This document shows, in pieces, positions 24,042 through 30,687 of a DNA stretch of 30,687 nucleotides. The stretch is from assembly GCA_043718855.1 (NCBI GenBank), contig JAYSUY010000859.1, positions 1-30,687 on the forward strand. Direction: 5' to 3'. The notes under the pieces are model-generated. The model did not search any database. It saw only the letters and a program-made list of their open reading frames with translations, and was not told the DNA's origin. This stretch comes from Saprospiraceae bacterium (GTDB lineage Bacteria; Bacteroidota; Bacteroidia; Chitinophagales; Saprospiraceae). A program made the position numbers and the translations under genes. Every line of letters begins with the position of its first letter. The stretch's first letter is position 1.

Positions 24042-25271
24042 ATGCGCTACGTCGCCGCATTCCTGCTGCTCGGCGCACTCTCGGCTCAGGCCCAGTCGCC
24101 CACCTACTACACAGACATTCAACCGATTGTCTATCGCCACTGCGTGAGTTGCCATCGCCCCGGCGAGGTTGGCCCGTTCCCATTGCTGACCTACGAGGAC
24201 GTGGCTAAACGCGCCCAGTTCATCAAGGAAGTGACCGCTGCGCGGTACATGCCGCCCTGGATGGCCGACCCCAAGTTCCGCACTTTCCACAACCAGCGGG
24301 TGCTGACAGAGGCCGAAATCCGGCTCATCGGTGAGTGGGCAGATGGCGGCAAGCGCGAAGGCCGCCGCAAGAACGGCACCGATTGGCAGCAGTTCCAGCA
24401 GGACTCGCTGCCGCAGCCCGACCTGGTGTTCGAGATGAACGCCGACTTCCAAATACCGGGCGACAACACCGAGCAGTTCCGCATTTTCGTCATCCCCACC
24501 CACCTGCCCGCCGACGTGTACGTGCGCGGCGTGGAGTTCGTACCCGGCAACCGTCGGCTGGCCCACCACGCCCGCATCATGGTGGACACGACCAACCTGC
24601 TGCGGGCCGACGATGGCATAGCGGTGGGGGCCACCTCCGAGTTTGAAAAAACCGGCACCCAACTTTACGACAACTTCTGGGCAGGCTGGGTGCCGGGCAA
24701 TACCCCCGTTTTTTACCCCGAAGGCATCGCCAAACGGCTGCCCCGCAACGCCGATCTGGTGATCAGCATGCACTACTCGCCCTCGCCCGTAGCGGCCACT
24801 GACCGCTCCCGCATCCGGCTGTATCTGGCTAAAAAACCGCCCGAACGCCCCGTCAAGACCTTCATTCTGGACGAAGACGAGATTTCCAACCCGCCGTTTT
24901 CCATCGCAGCCAACACGACGGCCAAGTTCTACATGCGCTCGCCGCTGCTACCGGTCGACATGGATTTGCTGAGCGTGCTGCCCCACATGCACCAGTTGGG
25001 CCGCTCGTTCCGGGCTTATGCCATCACGCCCGCAGGCGATTTGGTGCCGCTGGTGCAGGTGCATCGCTGGAATTTCAGGTGGCAGACCACCTACCAGTTC
25101 GAGGGGCTGCTGCGCCTGCCGAAAGGCTCGGTGGTGTACGCCGAAGCGGAGTACGACAACTCGGTGAGCAATCCAGTGAACCCCAACTTTCCGCCCCGCG
25201 ACGTGGGTTACGGCTGGGGCAGCAGCCAAGAGATGATGAACCTGATTTTCGAGTACGTCCGGGCGCACTGA
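24042..25271 (+). CDS. Exported c-type cytochrome / PHM-DBH-like copper type II monooxygenase fusion (409 aa; GTG 24036 alternative)
   Basis: Signal peptide; CVSCH (24141-24155) with MPPW; HH (24564-24569) and MHY His (24771); PHMH (24981-24992); C-terminal EM Met (25233). Confidence 0.75.
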   Translation: MRYVAAFLLLGALSAQAQSPTYYTDIQPIVYRHCVSCHRPGEVGPFPLLTYEDVAKRAQFIKEVTAARYMPPWMADPKFRTFHNQRVLTEAEIRLIGEWADGGKREGRRKNGTDWQQFQQDSLPQPDLVFEMNADFQIPGDNTEQFRIFVIPTHLPADVYVRGVEFVPGNRRLAHHARIMVDTTNLLRADDGIAVGATSEFEKTGTQLYDNFWAGWVPGNTPVFYPEGIAKRLPRNADLVISMHYSPSPVAATDRSRIRLYLAKKPPERPVKTFILDEDEISNPPFSIAANTTAKFYMRSPLLPVDMDLLSVLPHMHQLGRSFRAYAITPAGDLVPLVQVHRWNFRWQTTYQFEGLLRLPKGSVVYAEAEYDNSVSNPVNPNFPPRDVGYGWGSSQEMMNLIFEYVRAH

Positions 25272-25370
25272 ACGGGAAGGCCCTGTGCTGTGGCACACAA
25301 AAAAAATCCTGTACGGCAGAGCCGTACAGGGCTTTTTTTTGCGCGTCGCAGCACAGAGCCTTCCCGTTTA
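25269..25370. terminator. ~100-bp imperfect palindrome filling the whole space between two convergent stop codons
   Basis: 25271-25317 pairs with 25321-25368 around an AGA loop. Inner CCTGTACGGC/GCCGTACAGG stem is flanked by A8 and T8. Confidence 0.8.
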
Positions 25371-26732
25371 GCGATTCAACCGCTTCTCTTTCAATACTTT
25401 TTCTAACTGATCGAGCGTTTGGTTCAGGTGCCACCCCCCCGTCTGGTTTTGGTATTTCCGCTGGTTCTTGCGGATGTCGAGGATGTACCGTTCGGCCATA
25501 GCCAAGTCTCCGAGGTCTATTTTTTTGCGGATGAGCGCCAGATAAATTTCCACCTGATTTTTGTGTTCTTCCATCAGGGCCACCGCACGGGCCTCGTCTT
25601 GGAGTTCATTTTCAAAAAAACCGATGGCCTGCCGAATGACAGACAGCCGGAGGTAGTAGTTTTCATCCCAAGAATTTTTGATGGTCATGGCTTGGAACCG
25701 CGCTACCTCCGAGCGGTGCAGCGCCCCCAAATCTTCGAGCCGCTGGGTGGCGCGGGCCGATTCGAGCAGCCGCTTGTACACCTCGTCCTTGAAACTGCCG
25801 CTGTACACTTCCGCGATGGTTTTGTACTCCTGCATCAGCGTGTCGAACACCTCGCCCCGAAACTCGAAGGGCGTGGCATTGCTCTTGATAATCAGTGAGA
25901 TGAGTTCGAGACTGTTCGCCATCAGGGTGTCTAACCTTGCGGAAGGCGTATCCATGCTGGCAAACACTTTGGGCAGGTGCTGCAAAAAAGATTTGCAGAT
26001 GGCGAAGGCTTCGCGGAAGTAGCCCCGCGACTCGGCAGCAGCGGCCTGCTTGTAAAGCGGGGTGAGCGCGGAAGAAATTTTGACCCCGTCGGCACCTTTC
26101 AGGTACTTGCGCCGCCCGCGCACGGCAGCGATTGCGTTGGTCACAATGTCGCTGAACTGCTGGTCGTTGCCCGCGTTTTTTTCAGAAAAATGAATCAGGA
26201 ACTGGCTTTTGAAGTCCTTGTTTTTCAGCACCATCTGCCGCACGAACTCGTATATTTCGCGGGGTTCGAGTTCGCCCAGCAGGGCCTCTGCTGGGTCTTT
26301 GGGTTTGGCTGGGGGCTTCTTTTCTTTGGTTTTGGTCTGTTTTGGGGCAGAAGCAGCGGCTTCGCTTTTGGGCCGACCGCGCTTGGTGGGCATCACTGGC
26401 AGGTCGTCGTCGGCTTCGGGGGTGGCAGTGCGCTGGGTTTTGGCGGCTTGCGGCCCGGCTTTGAGGGCGTAGAGCATGGCGGCGAGGTGCAAGCAAGGCT
26501 CGTCCTCCCAATTTTCGTTGAAGTCGCTGCAGCCGCACTCCACCGCCACGACGCGCTCGTCGCTGAGTTCGAGGCCAATCTCACAGGCACTGTCCTGATG
26601 CTTGAATTTCGCTGAGGCAAACCCCGGCTCGAGGCTAAATTTCATCAAGCCATTTTTTCCATAAAAGTCTCGTCCCGCGTCAAGCGCGGCGGGGTCGAGC
26701 AAATCTTCGAAGTTGCGGAGGGTGAGGGACAT
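25368..26732 (-). CDS. SWIM zinc-finger protein, paralog of 328-2058 (454 aa), with AT-hook-like KRGRPK
   Basis: MSLTLRNFE N-terminus; C-G-C-SDFNENWEDEP-C-L-H-LAAMLYAL; KRGRPK at 26367-26384. The ORF-track start at 26831 is probably too long. Confidence 0.8.
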   Translation of the reverse strand: MSLTLRNFEDLLDPAALDAGRDFYGKNGLMKFSLEPGFASAKFKHQDSACEIGLELSDERVVAVECGCSDFNENWEDEPCLHLAAMLYALKAGPQAAKTQRTATPEADDDLPVMPTKRGRPKSEAAASAPKQTKTKEKKPPAKPKDPAEALLGELEPREIYEFVRQMVLKNKDFKSQFLIHFSEKNAGNDQQFSDIVTNAIAAVRGRRKYLKGADGVKISSALTPLYKQAAAAESRGYFREAFAICKSFLQHLPKVFASMDTPSARLDTLMANSLELISLIIKSNATPFEFRGEVFDTLMQEYKTIAEVYSGSFKDEVYKRLLESARATQRLEDLGALHRSEVARFQAMTIKNSWDENYYLRLSVIRQAIGFFENELQDEARAVALMEEHKNQVEIYLALIRKKIDLGDLAMAERYILDIRKNQRKYQNQTGGWHLNQTLDQLEKVLKEKRLNR

Positions 26733-26838
26733 ACGTTGAGCGGTTGGGTGCTGGGAGGGGGCGAAAATACGAGGTATGTGCCAACAGTTTTGTCGAAGTG
26801 TACATCCACAGCAGGGCATTTTTCCCAGCACTACGCCT

Positions 26839-26846
26839 TACTTTTG
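26839..26846 (+). promoter_or_regulatory. Bacteroidota -7 box for sucA
   Basis: TACTTTTG, an exact TAnnTTTG match 43 nt before ATG 26890. Confidence 0.65.
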
Positions 26847-26889
26847 CGGGCTTTTTGTGTTTACCCAACTCATCCGACAGGAATTTAGC

Positions 26890-29721
26890 ATGATAAACGA
26901 TTTTTCTGCTGTGTTCAACGCACACCCACAATACATTGATACCATGTACCAGTCTTGGCTCGCCGACCCGACTTCGGTCGAAGCCGATTGGCAAGCCTTT
27001 TTCAAGGGCTTTGATTTTGCCCTCAATGCCAATTCCACACTTGGCCCAGAGGCCTCACCCCCGGCCCCTCTCCAAACGGAGAGGGGAGACACGACAAACG
27101 TGACATCGAATGCTGGTGGTGGCGGCATCACGCCTCCCCTCTCCACCGGAGAGGGGTCGGGGGTGAGGCTTGAATTCTCTGTCATCGGCCTCATACACGG
27201 CTACCGCGACCGGGGCCACACGCTCTCCACGACCAACCCCATCAAGCCGCGCAAGAACCGAAAGCCGCGTCTCGAACTGCGCGACTATGGGCTGTCGGAC
27301 AGCGATTTAGACAAAAAATTTGCCGCAGGCTTCGAGATCGGATTGCCCAACGCCACCCTTCGAGAAATCATCGAGCGGCTCCAGCAACTCTACACGGGCA
27401 ACATCGGCTTCGAGAGTACCCACATTTTTGATAAAGAAAAACGTCAGTGGCTCCGCGAGCGCATTGAGAGCCGCAAACTCAGTGCGGACTACGGTTTTTC
27501 GGTAGAAAAGAAAAAGCGGATTCTGGAAAAACTCAACGGCGCGGTGGGTTTTGAGCAGTTTTTGGCAACCAAATTCGTGGGCCAAAAACGCTTCGGTCTC
27601 GAAGGTGGCGAAGCCACCATCCCGGCGCTGGATGCGATGATCAACCGCGCTGCCGAGAGCGAAACTCCGGTGGAGGAGGTCGTGATCGGTATGGCGCACC
27701 GGGGTCGCCTCAACGTGCTGTGCAATGTGGTGGGCAAAACCTACGAGCAGATTTTCAGCGCGTTTGAAGCCAAGGAAGTACCCGACCAGATCTATGGCTC
27801 CGGCGACGTGAAGTATCACCAGGGCTATTCCTCCCAGACGCAGGCCCTCAACGGTCGCTCGGTGTACGTCAAACTGCTGCCCAATCCCAGCCACCTCGAA
27901 GCGGTGGACCCGGTGGTAGAGGGCTTCTTGCGGGCAAAATTGGACATTCGCTACAACAGCGAATTCGACAAAGTGCTGCCCATCCTGATTCACGGCGACG
28001 CGGCTGTGGCCGGACAAGGCATTGTGTATGAGGTGATTCAGATGATGAGCCTCAACGGATACAACACGGGTGGCACCATCCACTTGGTCATCAACAACCA
28101 GATCGGCTTTACCACAAACTGGGAAGATGCGCGGTCTAGCACTTACTGCTCCAGCGTGGCGGAGGTGGTGGGTGCACCGGTTTTTCACGTCAACGGCGAC
28201 GACCCGGAGGCGGTGGTGTACGCTGTGGAACTGGCTACGGATTTCCGTCAGGCCTTCAACTCCGATGTGTTCATTGATCTCGTGTGCTACCGCCGCAACG
28301 GCCACAACGAGAGTGACGAGCCGCGTTTTACGCAGCCCGAAATGTGGAAAATCATCGAGAAGCACCCCGACCCGCGCAAGGTGTACATCGACCGCCTCGT
28401 GAAGCGCGGCGACGTGGATGAGCAGTTGGCGAAAGACATGGAAGCGCGGTTCAAAAACGATTTGCAGGCCCGCCTCGATGATGTGCGCCAACACCCACTA
28501 CCCTACACCTATCAAGAGCCGGAACTGGCTTGGAAGGCACTGCGAAAAACGGCAAGTGACGCAGATTTTCAGGAAAGCCCCGATACGGGCGTGCCGCGCA
28601 AAGTGATTGACGGGATGCTGGCTCACTTGCTTTCCTTCCCCGAAGGCTTCACGCCGGTGCCGCAGATCGCCAAGTTGAACGAGGCGAAAAAACAACTCGT
28701 GGCTACGGGAAAAATCGACTGGGCACTGGGTGAATTATTGGCCTACGGCTCGCTGCTGCTGGAGGGCCGCGACGTGCGCATGAGCGGGCAGGATGTGAAG
28801 CGCGGCACGTTCAGCCACCGCCATGCCTGTATCGTCGATGCGAGCAACTATCAGGAAGTCAATCGTTTGGATGGACTTGCAGAGAAACAGGGCAAGTTTC
28901 GCATCTTCAACTCGCTGCTCAGCGAGTACGCGGTACTGGGCTTCGAGTACGGCTACTCGCTCGCTACGCCCGACGCACTGGTACTCTGGGAAGCGCAGTT
29001 TGGCGACTTCGTGAACGGGGCCAGCACGATGATCGACCAGTTCATTTTCGCAGGAGAAAGCAAGTGGCAGCGCATGAGCGGGCTGGTGATGCTGCTCCCG
29101 CACGGCTACGAAGGCCAGGGGCCGGAGCACTCTTCGGCCCGCTTGGAGCGCTTCCTGCAAGGCTGCGCCGAAAACAACGTGACAGTAGCGAACGTGACTT
29201 CGGCGAGCAATTTTTTCCACCTGCTGCGCCGCCAGCAAGTGCGGGATTTCCGCAAACCACTCGTGGTGATGTCGCCCAAAAGCACACTCCGCGCACCATT
29301 CAATCTGGGCGAAATCAGCGAGTTGGAACCAGGCAACCGCTTCCGCGAACTGATAGACGATGCGAGTGCTAATGCAAAAAAAGTGAAGCGTGTGCTGGTG
29401 TGCAGCGGCAAAATCTACTACGACTTGCTGAAACGCCAGCAGGAGGCGCAGCGCACCGACGTGGCGGTGGTGCGCTTGGAGCAGATATACCCGTTCCCGA
29501 AAATGCAGTTCGACGCGCTGTTGAAAAAGTACGGCAAAGCCGAACTGATGTGGGTGCAGGAGGAGCCTGCCAACATGGGCGCATGGAGTTATCTGGCTGT
29601 GAATCAGTCGGAATACGGCTGGAAGTGCGCCAGCCGCGCAGCGGCGGCCTCGCCTGCTACAGGTTTTGCGAAGAAGCATGAGATGGAGCAGGCGGCGATT
29701 GTGGAGCGGGCATTTGGGTGA
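26890..29721 (+). CDS. sucA: 2-oxoglutarate dehydrogenase E1
   Basis: KRFGLEGGE, GMAHRGRLNVL, GDVKYH, NPSHLE, HGDAAVAGQG...NNQIGFTT, WEAQFGDF and LLPHGYEGQGPEHSSARLERFLQ motifs. Confidence 0.96.
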   Translation: MINDFSAVFNAHPQYIDTMYQSWLADPTSVEADWQAFFKGFDFALNANSTLGPEASPPAPLQTERGDTTNVTSNAGGGGITPPLSTGEGSGVRLEFSVIGLIHGYRDRGHTLSTTNPIKPRKNRKPRLELRDYGLSDSDLDKKFAAGFEIGLPNATLREIIERLQQLYTGNIGFESTHIFDKEKRQWLRERIESRKLSADYGFSVEKKKRILEKLNGAVGFEQFLATKFVGQKRFGLEGGEATIPALDAMINRAAESETPVEEVVIGMAHRGRLNVLCNVVGKTYEQIFSAFEAKEVPDQIYGSGDVKYHQGYSSQTQALNGRSVYVKLLPNPSHLEAVDPVVEGFLRAKLDIRYNSEFDKVLPILIHGDAAVAGQGIVYEVIQMMSLNGYNTGGTIHLVINNQIGFTTNWEDARSSTYCSSVAEVVGAPVFHVNGDDPEAVVYAVELATDFRQAFNSDVFIDLVCYRRNGHNESDEPRFTQPEMWKIIEKHPDPRKVYIDRLVKRGDVDEQLAKDMEARFKNDLQARLDDVRQHPLPYTYQEPELAWKALRKTASDADFQESPDTGVPRKVIDGMLAHLLSFPEGFTPVPQIAKLNEAKKQLVATGKIDWALGELLAYGSLLLEGRDVRMSGQDVKRGTFSHRHACIVDASNYQEVNRLDGLAEKQGKFRIFNSLLSEYAVLGFEYGYSLATPDALVLWEAQFGDFVNGASTMIDQFIFAGESKWQRMSGLVMLLPHGYEGQGPEHSSARLERFLQGCAENNVTVANVTSASNFFHLLRRQQVRDFRKPLVVMSPKSTLRAPFNLGEISELEPGNRFRELIDDASANAKKVKRVLVCSGKIYYDLLKRQQEAQRTDVAVVRLEQIYPFPKMQFDALLKKYGKAELMWVQEEPANMGAWSYLAVNQSEYGWKCASRAAAASPATGFAKKHEMEQAAIVERAFG
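27051..27170. repeat. ~120-bp cruciform palindromic element inserted in frame in sucA
   Basis: Terminal inverted repeats GCCTCACCCCCGGCCCCTCTCC (27052-27073) / GGAGAGGGGTCGGGGGTGAGGC (27148-27169), 21/22. Internal hairpins CCCCTCTCC-AAAC-GGAGAGGGG and CCCCTCTCC-ACC-GGAGAGGGG. Confidence 0.85.
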
Positions 29722-29724
29722 AGG

Positions 29725-29761
29725 GTAGCGAGGCGGTGACTCAAAGTCATCGCCTCGCTAC
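29725..29761. repeat. GTAG-ended 17-bp hairpin after sucA (REP-like or terminator)
   Basis: GTAGCGAGGCGGTGACT-CAA-AGTCATCGCCTCGCTAC, with one G:T pair. Confidence 0.65.
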
Positions 29762-29785
29762 GGCTCTCAGCATGAAGGCCTTTAG

Positions 29786-29950
29786 TTCTACTTTGTCACT
29801 TTAAAAAAAGTGAACCTGTCATGTCGCAGCGAAGCGAAGACATCTACACAACCCCGGCCCCGATGAAATCCAAAAAGACTTGGCTTGTATAGATGTCTTC
29901 GCTTCGCTGCGACATGACAACCCGTTTTTCTCTAATCTGACAAAGTAGAA
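29786..29950. mobile_element. MITE-like nested palindromic element
   Basis: 13-bp TIRs TTCTACTTTGTCA / TGACAAAGTAGAA, flanked on both sides by TTAG (29782-29785, 29951-29954). Internal perfect 30-bp inverted repeat 29817-29846 / 29890-29919. Confidence 0.75.
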
Positions 29951-30058
29951 TTAGGAACCGCATCAAATTGACAAGTACTGTTTACCCGTTCCTTAAAAAT
30001 GCCTGTTGGCGACACTAACTTCCTCTGTTAGAGCAGCATGTTTGGGAGTCCTTCAGCC

Positions 30059-30066
30059 TATCTTTG
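30059..30066 (+). promoter_or_regulatory. Bacteroidota -7 box
   Basis: TATCTTTG, 38 nt before ATG 30105. Confidence 0.6.
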
Positions 30067-30104
30067 CTGAAAATACCTCCCATCGCCATTACCCACCCTC
30101 CGTT

Positions 30105-30687
30105 ATGTTCCACATTTCATCCCTCCACCCGACTTTGCGCACCCTCCTCCGCCGAGGCTTTGGCGGACAAGCCTGCCTCCTCCTGCTGTGCTGCACCCCG
30201 CTCCTGCTTCCTGCACAAACCAAACTCAAACTCACCGACTTCGCCACGGGTTTCAGCAGCCCGGTGGACATCGCCCATTGCGGTGACAGTCGCCTCTTCG
30301 TGGTAGAGCAGGCTGGTAAAATTTGGATACTTGACAGCCTCGGCAAAAAGTCCGCTGTGCCGTTTCTCGACATCACGAGCATCGTGCAGCCTGGCGGTGA
30401 GCAGGGGCTGTTAGGCTTGGCTTTTCACCCCAAGTACCAACAGAACGGCTACTTTTTTGTCAACTACATCAAAAAGAGCGGCAACAAATTAGACACCCGA
30501 ATAGCCCGGTACAGCCGCAGCGCAACTGATCCGCAGAAAGCCGATCCGACAAGCGAAGCCATGCTGTTCGATGTGGTTCAGCCATTCAACAACCACAATG
30601 GCGGCTGCCTAAAATTTGGCCCCGACAGCATGCTGTACATCGCGCTCGGCGATGGCGGTTCTGGCGGCGACCCGCAAGGCAACGGTC
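30105..30687 (+). CDS. PQQ-dependent sugar dehydrogenase / GSDH (HHIP-like) family protein, 5' part only; absent from the ORF track because it runs off the window
   Basis: Hand translation gives a signal peptide ending LPA|Q, then RLFVVEQAG, GEQGLLGLAFHP.Y..NGYFFVNY and NHNGG..KFGPD..LYIALGDGGSGGDP. Confidence 0.88.
   Translation, partial: MFHISSLHPTLRTLLRRGFGGQACLLLLCCTPLLLPAQTKLKLTDFATGFSSPVDIAHCGDSRLFVVEQAGKIWILDSLGKKSAVPFLDITSIVQPGGEQGLLGLAFHPKYQQNGYFFVNYIKKSGNKLDTRIARYSRSATDPQKADPTSEAMLFDVVQPFNNHNGGCLKFGPDSMLYIALGDGGSGGDPQGNG

Noticed and set aside
29786-29950. CRISPR array
   Set aside because: Only inverted repeats are present, with no series of direct repeats and unique spacers, and no cas genes in the window.

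Overview
Bacteroidota window. The acpP-fabF-rnc operon, a T9SS cargo protein and TAnnTTTG promoter boxes support this; Saprospiraceae-like is my inference. From left to right: a tRNA(CAT), probably Ile2, on the minus strand; then a ~8.8 kb accessory block bracketed by a degenerate direct repeat of the tRNA's own flanks (72-276 vs 9067-9184, where the tRNA body is deleted). That block holds a SWIM zinc-finger protein, an XRE-HTH/ligand-binding-fold regulator divergent from a YdcZ-type DMT transporter, two AT-rich hypothetical genes, and a divergent AceE-type 2-oxoacid dehydrogenase E1 plus E2, with no E3. After it come a CarboxypepD_reg-type protein, a 2113-aa lipoprotein alpha-2-macroglobulin (intact CxEQ thioester), an Asp-box beta-propeller T9SS protein, acpP-fabF-rnc, a soluble TPR/LytS-type histidine kinase, a DUF4197 lipoprotein coupled to a cytochrome c/PHM-like copper monooxygenase fusion, a second SWIM protein with an AT-hook-like motif, sucA, a REP/MITE cluster and a truncated GSDH-family gene. 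Two cruciform palindromic elements of the same architecture sit in frame inside A2M and sucA. The best candidate for an undescribed system is the regulator-DMT-E1-E2 island. Family calls come from motif recognition and remembered reference sequences; no database searches were run.
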